From Perkinsus olseni (taxonomy: Eukaryota), in contig JABANN010000050.1 in NCBI GenBank assembly GCA_013115125.1, forward strand, positions 62,001 through 98,175: a stretch of 36,175 nucleotides of DNA. Reading direction: 5' to 3'. How positions within the stretch are numbered: position 1 is the first letter of the stretch; each line of letters opens with the position of its first letter. The notes beneath the pieces were generated by a model. It had not been told where the DNA came from, ran no database searches, and saw nothing but the letters and a program-made list of their open reading frames with translations. Below, one piece after another: positions 1 to 10,366 of the stretch. A program made the position numbers and the translations under genes.

Positions 1-1461
1 GAATTTCGTGGCGCGCGGTCATTATCAGCTAAGCTCTATTCGCATACTCTTGCCGGAGGCATCCCTCTTCAACACAGCCGTACTGATTCGCGGAATCACC
101 GAAACCAGAGGCAAGACGTCGAGTGATGCCGCTCCTCGTGTATACCAACCAGATGAGGGCTACCTCATAGTTCTCCAGGAGGAGTTCATATCGACGGAGG
201 AGCTCTCGAATAGCCGAACCTGCAGGGAGTATCCTCCTTTCTTCGCCGTGCGTACGTGGCATCCAAGGTCGATCCATGGAAGATACGGATGCAAAGGGAG
301 CGATTGAGTCGGATGGAATTGAAAACCGGCGAAGCTCTGCCGAACAAGTGCAATAAATGCCTTAGAAATGCCGCAGCAGGGATTAGAACTCACCGTTATC
401 ACCCCCTCTGCCAATGTACGGCCGTCTCATCCGTCCAACAGCACCTTATACAGGATCATCCAAACCATACCGTTCTGGGAGCCCCTGACCCCTAGCAGAA
501 TTGCCGGAAATCTGGTACTCAACCACCGCTTCCAAGTACGCCCGATACGGCAAACCTCGTTGCACCTGCCAAAGGGTACTACTAAAACGCTGCAGCTAGC
601 TCCAACCTCAGCCTCCTGAACTCGCTTCATCTCCATCAGCTTCGCTCCGCGTTTTTGCAACTCATGGATCTGTGACCGCGTCGCCATGTCTCTATCATAA
701 CCGAACTACTTCCTCGTCCAACTCCCGGCACTCAGCCTCCTCCGTCATTCTCTTCCTCTCAGCCTTCTCCACTTTAGCGTCGATCGACCTAAAGCCAACC
801 CTCCGTCGAGTAGTCAGAGACGCCGCCTCTTACTTGAAGAATTCCTCGTTTGATTGCTTTGCCCTTTGAAGGTGTTCCTGCCGGGCTCGAAGCCTCTCCT
901 CTCGCTCACTACACCGTTCAAGCCTCAATCCTACTCGCCGCCTAGTGTCCTCCAGCTTCTACAAGAATAACACTTACTGACCCTGACAGGGTTACTCACC
1001 CTGTGAAGATGTACAGGGGATGCTCTCAGGCTAATACACGCTCAATCCTTTCAAGTACCGGAAGGATCATGGGAAGACAAGACGACAATACACAAGCCAG
1101 GTTGAATAGTCTCCGCCCGGAGACTCTCCGGGCGACGACCGGGACCATGGAAGGCCTCACATCCTCAGCCTCTCTGTCAGCTTTCGCTATTCGGATCAGT
1201 TCGAGGGTCGAGAAGCCCGATCTCTCCAGTGATTTCAGCTGCTCACGCCCTTCGCTGATCATCTGGTCAGTAACAATCTCCCGGGGCTCCAACATACCTT
1301 CACCTGAGTAGAAAACGGTCCAAGTAGAAGAGCCCGCTGCGGGACGGAAAGTCCTGATTACGCTTAGCTGACGTCCGGACCCTCCCCTTAATCGACAAAG
1401 CCGGTAGTGAACCGTCTCCAGTAGCAGGCAGCGCAAGCTGGTCTCTGTCGTCAGCCACCAT
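1..1461 (-). CDS. Multi-exon coiled-coil protein, DUF4200 (CFAP73/CCDC42/CFAP100-like); 3' end probably at or beyond the window edge, start uncertain
   Basis: Splicing short GT-AG introns (e.g. 959-999; GTAAGA..TTTAG near 790-833; GTAGTT..CACAG near 670-710) gives KLEDTRRRVGLRLERCSEREERLRARQEHLQRAKQSNEEFFKSIDAKVEKAERKRMTEEAECRELDEEIHELQKRGAKLMEMKRVQEAEVQRGLPYRAYLEAVV and later IRELLRRYELL. This matches the DUF4200 pattern as I recall it (F.KF...N..K..RA..K...E, Y..YLE.VV, I..RY..L). Confidence 0.6.
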
Positions 1462-1615
1462 CTACAATAGCCTCCCCCTCCAGTGAAGTATGACTAACAC
1501 TACACTAAAAGATACTCTCTTTAAGTAGTGTACAAACAATCTAAATGTCAAAGCTATCAACGTTGAAGGCTTATGTGAAAGGATTGGCGTCTGGATAGTA
1601 ATATCTCCACTCTTA

Positions 1616-2863
1616 TCAAACGCCACCTTTCCCAGCATTGGAAACTTTCCCCTCCACCACCACCCCGGCCTCGGTTTTGCTGCCGACCTCGGCCTCCAGC
1701 TTCTCTAAACGCTTCACAATCGCCGCCATATCCTCTGCCCGGGTCTGTGCTCCGCTATCACCCTTCGGTCGATCTGTCGGAGGTGCTCCTCGACCGTCCC
1801 CCTGAGGCTCCGAGGAGACCCCCGGCACCGCTCTTGTAGTCCGCACTGGTTCCGTCTCCTGCCTTCCTCCTCCACCAGCTGCGCCCATCCCTTCATTACC
1901 CTTCTCACTCGCTGCACCCCCCTCAGCCTTCACTTCCCCAACGCCCTCTGCCTTCACTTTTGATGGAACCCGACCGCCACCCTCCGCAACAACCGCACCC
2001 ACACCCTTAGGGTTTGGAGCACCACCGCCCGCCTCTTTGCTGGCCGCCCGTTCGACCTCCTTCGTCACGTCAACTGTCGGGCTCGGTCGCTCCTCTCTTG
2101 GAAGAGCCTTAACAACCCCTTCCTCGCTGGAGGACTTACCCCCTTGACCTTCGCTGCTAGCTATGGTCTCAAGTCGAACATCATCCGAAGCACCCTCCTC
2201 AGCACCCTTCTCTTGGCCAGCATTAGTGACCGGGACCAGCTCGAACTCGATCGGCTCTGGCGTGGTAGGTGCCTTCTTAGGGACCGCAGTTGTGTGCACT
2301 GCCTCAGTGGCCGCTGGTGTTGCCGCTGGAGTTGTCGCGACCGTCTTGGGAACGGCACGCGTAGATAAAGGCTGAGTTGTCTCGGGAGCTGGTGGCTCTG
2401 TGCTTGGCTCGTTTTCGAGCGTCGAGAGCTTCATTTTCAAGACCTGACGAGAAAGAGTGCGGTCGCACCTAGACGAACGAAACTCAAATCAAGCGGCTTT
2501 GGCGCAGTAGGTAGCGCGTAGGTCTCATAATCCTAAGGTCGCGAGTTCGATCCTCGCAGGCCGCACTTATTCCCCACTCACCACCGTCCCCTGCTCTTCT
2601 CCGTACTTGTCCTTCTTCACCACGGCCACAGGGCGCAACTCCGCATTTATACGCGAGGCGTCAATCATCGGACCAACTTGGGCAAGCGCGAAATCAGACT
2701 CTACACAACGACAGGAGATCACGCAAGCTCTCGCCCCGGCCGACACCCTACCTGCCCCTCTGATCGGTTTCTCCTCTCGCGAAGGCAGTCGAGCCCTTCG
2801 AGCGTCGATGTACAAATAAACTATCATCACCACTGCGAAGAATGACAGTATCTGAGTTAACAT
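1616..2863 (-). CDS. Signal-peptide/signal-anchor, low-complexity T/A/P/E/G-rich (mucin-like) protein, 3 exons
   Basis: ATG at 2863 gives a hydrophobic N-terminus, MLTQILSFFAVVMIVYLYIDA. Probable 51-nt intron at 2701-2751. A phase-0 intron at 2444-2581 (GTGAGT...CTTTCTCGTCAG) joins KYGEEQGTV in frame to VLKMKLSTLENEPSTEPPAP (ORF 1616-2440). Confidence 0.7.
2493..2565 (+). tRNA. trnM: tRNA-Met (CAT), elongator type, intronless
   Basis: 73-nt cloverleaf: acceptor stem GCGGCTT/AGGCCGC plus discriminator A; D arm GCGC-AGTAGGTA-GCGC; anticodon arm TAGGT-CTCATAA-TCCTA with the U31-U39 pair typical of eukaryotic elongator Met; T arm GCGAG-TTCGATC-CTCGC. Confidence 0.96.
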
Positions 2864-2901
2864 TCCCTGCCACCACATCCGCCAGTGCCCAGAAATTACT
2901 C

Positions 2902-5900
2902 CTATCCTCTGGCAGTGGTCATGCTTCCCTCGGGGATAGGCTGCGAACTCTCCGACACCCGAGTAGCTAGCCCGTGGCATGAAGGCCGACCAATACGGGA
3001 GGAGTACAAAAAACCTGAGTGCGTAGGAAGAGCCCGCCATTCGAGAAGTTCCACAGCCTCAACGAGCCTGCCCAGTCACTACTGCCATCAATCACTCCCA
3101 GTAGCTCACCAATCAGCCTGAACAACGCAACGCAGTGCTCACCACCAACGGCAATAGGATACAAAAAGCTATGGCAGAGCATGCAGACGAAGAGAGATCC
3201 TCAGTCATGTTCCAAACTGAGGGCTCTTGAATCCATCAACCTCATCGACGACCTCCCACTCCTCCGTGCCCTGCTCGATGTCCGCGGCATCGGAAGGAGG
3301 GGCGCCTTCCTGCTCCTCGAGCACCCTCGCCAGAACATATGCTCGACCTACACTTCGTGACTCTATCATTCACAGTTATAACAAGTGATAAAATACCTCT
3401 CTTCTTGCTCTCTTGCATTTCCTCAACGCTTTCTTCCCGACTCCGCGGTGGGTCCAACCCAGTGAACAGCTGCCACGCTTTCATAACCCTTTCCCATGGC
3501 TCAGCGTGGGCCGCCTCCAATCTGCTCTCCGCCTCCGCCAAACGAGCCTCCGCGGCGAGATGCAGCCGCTCACACCCCTCCACCTAAATCACGTCTATTA
3601 AGCGAGCTCTGTAAATGAACCCTATTATAGTACGAACTCATACTATATCATCTATAGTACCACACCAACGCGAATCATACTATAATATGAACTCTATTAA
3701 GCGTCTATTCAAATGAGCCTGCTTCAGGCAACAGCGAGCCGAGATAAATAAAGTGTCCCAGGCAGTCCGTGGAGATGCTGATCATGACTGTGATCAGAGA
3801 TCAAATATCACCTTCTCCTTGTGTTTGATGGTAACCATCGCTCTCGCTCTCTGCAGTGCAGCTTCCGCCAATACTGTCATCCCATCAACACGGAATCGGC
3901 GTACGACCTACATCCTACTCGCCATGGAGAACTCCGTCCGCTGGACTACCTCGTCATCCAGCAGGTCCACTGATATTGCCTTTGGGTTCTGCGCCATTAT
4001 GCGCCGTTCTTCCTCCAGACTCTGCCAAGAAAGACAAGGAAACTCCCGACTCGCTCGACTCCATCGGGGCAGCGCAGATTACTACCTCCCTAAGAGCGTC
4101 CCTCGCATGCTCAACTTCCTTCCTCAACTTCCTCTGCACCAGCTCGTACCTCTGGCGATCTTGGAACTGCAGCAGCCGCAGCAGACGGTCCACCAGCGAT
4201 GCTACACCCACAATCAGGGAGTGCTGAGACAGGAACTCTCCCAAGGGCCGCCAACGCGGTTTGAGGGCAGAAATCAGAAACTCCCAACGGACAGTCGGAA
4301 TCACAACATTTCCATGCGCTCGACTCGTGCGGCGACCCGCGAAGTGGCATCAACAGCAGGCGGCCTTATTACCCTCACACTGGCCTTCCTATCCGCAAGC
4401 TTGGACGGTCTCTGCATGATAGGCGGCTCCGCAGTCGGTGGCCTCTCCCTGCCGTGCTCCAAATACCTGCGCAGACTCACCACCAAGTGACCCGGGCATC
4501 CCCCACCTGCCAAGCTGATTGATGCATTCCACCACTTGAAACTTCAGCCCTTGCCATTCGTCCTGCGTTGCAGCTACACCCGCCGTAATGTGAAGGCGCG
4601 ACAGGGCCCTCTGGACCTCCACCAAATGCGACCTATCCAATGCACCCCTCAACCGTCAACCCCCTTCACCAATATGACCTCGTCAAAGTAGTGCTATCGC
4701 GTATCGGCAGCAGTGCCTCTGCCTCATGCCGTGCCATTTTCTTTCGCCAAGATTCCATGCCATCATCACTCCCCCCACCTAAGCCGATGCAGCGGTCAGC
4801 GGATCCTCAGCGACCCGGGTAACACTACCCTTCATAAACGAGGAACTTGACGTCCAGTGCGTCGAGTCCTTACCCGCCGGTGACACCGACAGTAGAATCT
4901 AATTTCACAGCTCGACAGGTCAGCAGCGCCCCTCGCCCTCTACTATCACCTGCGCCCGAATGTCCCACCAGGCCTCCTGTACCTGCGCTTGGATCTTCTC
5001 CATCTGGTCCAGTGAATTCCATTTTTCATCACAGCTCGCCTGCAACTCTCGCACCTGTGACACACAACAACCCCTCCCTCGGTCCCTGTGAACTCTGCCG
5101 TACCTTCCCAGTTAGCCTGTCAAGAGCGTCATTGCGGACTTGTTGCTCCCAGACCGGCCAATAGTCCACACAACTGTGTATCTGCTGATCATTAATTACA
5201 CTAAATAATTACTCATAAAATTGCCACTTCACAATAACTAATTTCAATTAACCTTGTCGAGTATCCAATAACAAGTAGCCCACCTGCACTTGCCCGACTC
5301 TGCAGTTCCCTATCCTACTACCTCAGTTCCGATGCCGCCGTAGGTCTTTATGAACTTCTCCTTAGCCTGAGTGACCTCTATGCTGATCATTGGCACTGCA
5401 TTGGTCTGAATGTATGCAGCTTCGCTTTGCAGAGAATCTATCTCGCTCCGGACCTACCCCCACAAGTTACTACCCGACCATAAAGACAGCCCTACCGTCG
5501 CTATGGGGACATTCCGAGAGACGCTCATAAGGACGTCACAGGCCGCCACCAGTAGAGGCAGCGCCGCGGCAGGGCCGACACTGTCGGGCTCCTCTCCAGC
5601 TGGGTCCAGGGCGTCCCCTGTCACCACGACTCATCCGCGTTGTTCCACTGCCACCTCACCATTAGATTGTTCCACAGTCCGCTCCGTGAGAAGCCGCAGC
5701 AAGGAAGGCCAGAAGGCCATGACCTTTCTCAGCAGGGCATCGGCATCGCTCGGCTCAGTAGTCTTCTCTGATAGACTACAAGTGTCCAGCCAGTGACTGA
5801 GGTGCTCATCGAGAGACACCAGTGATAGGAAGGCGGCGGGCATTCATCGGACAGAAACACTGACTCGTCGTCCTCCTTCTCATGCAGACAAAAGTGGCGA

Positions 5901-6187
5901 CCAAGAGTCGCCTTGAACGACAGCACGACTACTCATGGACCCGTCCGGTCCGATCGGGCCAGTACGGCATGAGATTGCCGACAGCCTGCCAGTCGTAGAC
6001 TCGCGGCGGATACAGAAAGCGCCCGCCCTGCGTCGATCCTCCGCGCCCGGACTGAACTCAGTCCAATCAGCCGGACAGGGTTGTGTGCTACCCTTAATTG
6101 CTATAGTCGATAGATAGGCTCCTCCAGAGGACACGGTGCGCCGTCAGGGAAGTAGGTCGGCCGGCTGAGTCTGGATTGACTATCCAT
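2902..6187 (-). CDS. Multi-exon hypothetical alpha-helical protein; boundaries uncertain, could be more than one gene
   Basis: Chain of minus-strand coding-like segments bounded by GT/AG sites, e.g. VVRRFRVDGMTVLAEAALQRARAMVTIKHKEK|VEGCERLHLAAEARLAEAESRLE, DRLLRLLQFQDRQRYELVQRKLRKEVEHARDALRE and LVEAVELLEWRALPTHS. No family recognised. Confidence 0.35.
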
Positions 6188-7351
6188 ATTCACAAACATC
6201 AACAAGTTCCAGTCATTTCGTGACTCCACGGTAAGTGGCTCTACTTTGCGTTATCTCATCATAGTCCAGCGGCATGTCTCTTCATTCCCTGAAAGACCGT
6301 TTTATGACGACTGGGCGGAAAGATGCCAGGTTTACGACAGAAAATCGGCAACAACGCGAAGTGAGGTCGCAGTGCGCAGTTAAAATCTCGCTCGCCCAAA
6401 AAGTTGACAGGCGGTTTTTGTATAAGCTATGTGTTTGTGCGTAGTTTTCGAAGGTCTACGGCGGTCCTGAATCCGCAGTGACTACAATGATGAGTTTAGA
6501 ATGAGTGGGCTGCCTTAGCTCCTTGTTTTAGGTACAGTCTGTCCCACGGAAAATTTCTGCACGGGAAGAGTTTGCGTATGACACTTCGTGTTCGGGTATA
6601 TTAACAATTATCCGTTTGGACCCCCCAATCTTTGGGGAGCTCTTGGTGAGACTGTCCCACCGCGACAGACTGCGTATTCCTGCTTTATAAGGGTTGCTTC
6701 GATGACGTTGATCGGACAACGGGAGGACGCAGATATCCTTGCTACCCAGTCTCCGGGGTCGTCCGCTTTTAACGAGTTCTGACCAAACCTCTGCAGTGCT
6801 CGGTGCCTTCGGTCCTGCCGGAGACAGATGACGCCTCCGGAAGAACGTCATGGCGCGAACCGAAAAACGATAGTCTGAATCATTGGGGTTCAAAGCCAGC
6901 ATGCCATCCCGTGAAGGAGGACCTCCATCGCGTCACTTTCCCCTTTAGCCTCTAGACTCCTGCCGCCCTTGCGTAGAGCATTAGCTGATTGTTTCACAAC
7001 TCGAACAGGTCTTAGACGCCGTCAATGGAAGCCCTTGCTAAGCAACTCGAGCCTTGAGTTGAGATGAGCCAAATCGAGTCCAAACGACCAAAGGGCATAA
7101 AATCTAGCCGAAAGCTAGATAAGTGGGGAAAGTTTGGCAAAAGCAGCGACCGCGTTGCTCAGTATCATCACTCAATACATAAGTTATCACTTCGCCTGAC
7201 TGTGTCACCTTCTTACTCAGACCGTAGCATGGTCGAACGGGAAAGCCGAGCAGCATTGGTACTGCCAACGCGTTGGAAAAGAGTACCTTCTGGTGCTTCA
7301 TTACAAAAAGTCGCTGTCGACAAGAGATTGACAATATTCAAGCTGGGCGAC

Positions 7352-7856
7352 TTATCTGAAGTAACTCTTCATTCTGCAGTCGCTCAGTCGAACGTTATCA
7401 GAAAAGTCAAACACCTCAATGTCACCCAGCCTCGTCCCTTCAATCACTTCCCATTGCTCCTTGAAACCCATGAGAAATGACTTCTCATAAATTCACCAGA
7501 AAGCTTGGCAGGGCAGCCATTGTCCAGGGCCATGGTGATGTGAAGGTGCGGCTGAGGCTGCAAGTCATCGAGGAACTCGGGACCATCGACCTCAACCTCG
7601 GCACAGACCAGCCTCCCTGGTACCACTAAAAGCCTCCTCGGTGAGACCGTGACCATCATATCCTCCCCCATGGCGATAGCCTGCACGATCTGCTAAGCAG
7701 ATTCTACTTTCTCCTCTCACCCTCGGGCTCCCGACACCCCAAAAACGACAGAGTCACGTGAAGCTCTTCCTTCATACTCCACTGGCTGGCATCGAGGAAG
7801 CTCATCGCGTCTGAAGTCCAGTAGGTTGGCGGCGTGCCTCAGCAAGAGCTCCTATT
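7352..7856 (-). pseudogene. Frameshifted 2H cyclic phosphodiesterase (CPD) fragment paralogous to the C-terminus of the Trl1-like ligase
   Basis: 7504-7807 is near-identical to 16212-16501 (about 9 substitutions by eye plus a 14-nt insertion) and encodes LHVTL and LHITM. The flanks are diverged homologs: ELLLRHAANLLDFR vs EVLMKHTMSFLDAS, and GFKEQWEVIEGTRLGDIEVFDFSDNVRLSDCRMKSYFR* vs GFHEQRKVIEGTQLTDIQTYQFPDELRLTDCTIKNYFK*. At least two frameshifts. Confidence 0.92.
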
Positions 7857-8003
7857 CCGTTCTTGTTGTGCAATTCTATGGCGCGCTCACATTCCCGCTC
7901 GCAAATCATTTCCGGGGAGACTTGCACGTTTAGACACTGATTATCCTCGGTTAAGCTACTGTTGAGGATCCGCTATCATATTCGGCTTCATATTTTTCGG
8001 ATC

Positions 8004-9142
8004 ATGTCCCTCCTTTCTGTCCTCGTGGTTCTCGTATTAGTAGTGGATATTGCCGAGGCGTTGAGGAAATCCATGAGGGGGGTGACCAACGATAAACCGC
8101 TTGTCCTAGTCTACCAGAAAGGAGAAGTAAGGTTTTATTACACTTTCGATGCTATACATAATACTATGGTAGCAGCGCTACCGTGAGTTACCGTAACATT
8201 AGTCGCGGAAAGGTGCGAACAGGAACCTAGATTGCGTGTTCATCGTTACTTGTGTTTCCAACTTATGACGACTCATCCTATGGTTTCGTAGGCACGTGTC
8301 CGCATGGTGGTGGAAGGTTCAGACGATGTAAATATGCCGGGATATGATCTAGTGGAGATGAGGGAGGAAACAGATGAGGAAAGAAGGCAAAGAGAAAGAG
8401 AAAGAAGGCAAAGAGAAGAAGAAAGAAGGCAAAGAGAAAGAGAAAGAAGGCAAAGAGAAGAAGAGCGGAGAAGGAGACGCGAGGAAAGAGAAAGAATGAG
8501 GAGAGAGAGAGCAGGAACACAGAGGGAGGGAGAAAGAGCAGAGAACTCTACAAGGGGCAGCTCCATCGGAGGGACAGCGCGCAATAACGTCTTTGTCTCT
8601 CACAGCGGAGGGGAAGGAGTAAGCCTTGATTGAGCGCTCTCAACTGGCCGACGCGCGCTAGCAGTCTTCATCGTCGCCGCTTTCGCATGCCCATGACCAC
8701 TTGCGCCTTCAACTCTCGCTCTTAATGAGATCCTCTCATGATGATGCTTCCGTAGGTACATATCAGCAGTGACGGAGGAAGTGGGATCCAAGTGGGGCCG
8801 GGTGGCATCCAAGTGGGGCCGGGTGGCATCCAAATGGGGCCGGGTGGCATCCAAGTGGGGCCGGGTGGCATCCAAGTGGGGCCGGGTGGCATCCAAGTGG
8901 GGCCGGGTGGGATCCGAATGGGGCCGGGTGGGATCAGAGTGGGGCCGGGTGGGATCCGAATGGGGCCGGGTGGGATCAGAGTGGGGCCGGGTGGGATCCG
9001 AATGGGGCCAGGCGGAACCGCCCAACACACAAGAGAGCTATCCGAAGCGGAGAGAGAGGAATTGGAAGAAGACATGAGGGAAATGCTGGAAGATATGAAA
9101 AGAACCTGGCTTCCCATTCTAGATCACGTTTTTGCCATTTGA
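8004..9142 (+). CDS. Secreted repeat protein: signal peptide, E/R-rich charged helix, then 11 GGI(Q/R)(V/M)GP repeats; 4 exons
   Basis: MSLLSVLVVLVLVVDIAEA is signal-like. Exons 8004-8182, 8223-8244, 8292-8618 and 8756-9142 join in frame through GT-AG introns (GTGAGT at 8183, GTTACT at 8245, GTAAGC at 8619; acceptor CGTAG at 8755). Exon 2 is the least certain. Confidence 0.7.
8379..8462 (+). repeat. Coding tandem repeat, 4 x 21 bp (ERRQRER/ERRQREE)
   Basis: Units gaaagaaggcaaagagaaaga and gaaagaaggcaaagagaagaa alternate. Confidence 0.9.
8781..9011 (+). repeat. Coding minisatellite, 11 x 21 bp
   Basis: Unit gtggcatccaagtggggccgg and variants (gtgggatccgaatggggccgg, gtgggatcagagtggggccgg); 231 bp = 11 units; the last five alternate as a 42-bp dimer. 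Confidence 0.97.
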
Positions 9143-9307
9143 AAGTTGATTTTGTTGTTTATCTATCATGATGTCCGTGTTTGAATCCGTGCATGGTAAT
9201 CGCAGTATGCCCAATCTTTGAGGCTGAGCGTTGAGTAGTACTCAACGAGTACCACTTATTTCATCCATGGTGGGGAGTGGAACACGACGAGGTTGACGAA
9301 AACTCAC

Positions 9308-10150
9308 TAGAGATGGGCAAATTTACGGTCTTTACTACGGAACGGTACGGACTACGGGAACCAGACCGTAGCACGGTACGTTTACGGAAGAAGGGTACGG
9401 GTTACGGAAACAGCCTGTGACTTGTAATCTGCGAAGTTGATGAACTCGACACTTACTGGTCGCAGAAACTCTAGCAAATCACGTCAGCGACACGGAAGTT
9501 AAGAAGACACATTAATTAATGTACGGAAGTGGATGATGATTGCGGTAGGGATGTCAACGGTAGCGTAAGAGCATCATTGCGCGTAGGCTGTCCCCAGCTA
9601 AACGGGACCGTCTCACCCTGCTCAACGACCCGGCTAGACTGAAAGCCTCTTCCGAACTTACGGAAGAGGCTTGCATACAAGAAAGGAGCATGGCCACGGT
9701 CCTCAGAATGGGAATATCGCTCGTCTCGGGCGCTCTCCAATACTCAACGAACTTCGTTGTGACTTCGTTGAACGAAGTCACAGCGACGCTTCTGACACCT
9801 CAGCTTATCTGCATACACCTGGAGTTCCTTTAACAGGGTGGTCGGGTTTTCACCAGATGTAGATAGGCAGGCTATCTACATCTGGTGAAAACCCGACTCC
9901 GAAATACTAGAATCATCGATACCGAAATACTCCACCACGGCCTCTATGCTGCGTTTCCCATCGACAGTAGACTCAGTAGTAGTGTACCGAGGATCCAAGA
10001 ATGAGGCGGCATTGCCGCCTCATTCTTGCCGCCTCATTCATACGTTGCCGCCGCGGCAACGTATATATGATATCGTCCTCATTGTCCTCCAGCAAGGCGT
10101 GCTTGAATTACTTCTCCGCATCGTGGTGCTAAGACCTGGACTCAAAAACA
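9308..10150 (-). mobile_element. Decayed hAT-superfamily DNA transposon (3' end and transposase C-terminus)
   Basis: ORF 9554-9781, YWRAPETSDIPILRTVAMLLSCMQASSVSSEEAFSLAG...RRSRL...L..MMLL, is the hAT C-terminal dimerisation motif. Upstream fragments read AASFLDPRY (~9985-10010) and ELQVY. A TIR-like TAGAGATGGGC at 9308-9318 is followed by multiple TACGG subterminal repeats (9320-9410). No partner TIR was found. Confidence 0.85.
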
Positions 10151-10366
10151 AAGATTCACCACTCGTCTCCTACACTTGAAACTCAGCGCGCGATTACTCT
10201 AACATCCCGCGGCAAGATTCTCGCCGACGAGCAGGTTCATAGTCAGCGGATCGAAGTTCATCACTACCGAACTCAACCGAATATGAAACGTTCATAGCAG
10301 AAAATACGTTGGGATGAGAGAAAGGAACGGCTTAGTTTGAGACCAGGAGTAATTACGTATTGAAGT

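Noticed and set aside
2493-2565. Initiator tRNA, or LTR primer-binding/integration site
   Set aside because: The T-loop TTCGATC and G1-C72 indicate an elongator tRNA; there is no LTR or duplicated tRNA 3' end in the window.
1-6187. Stop-riddled pseudogene, recoded stop codons, or viral/retroelement insert
   Set aside because: The stops I checked fall inside short GT-AG introns (e.g. AA|GTAAGA near 832). No RT, integrase or capsid motifs were seen, and long ORFs elsewhere read in the standard code.
8781-9011. CRISPR-like array
   Set aside because: Units are contiguous 21-mers with no unique spacers, lie in a coding frame and have no cas genes nearby; this is a minisatellite.
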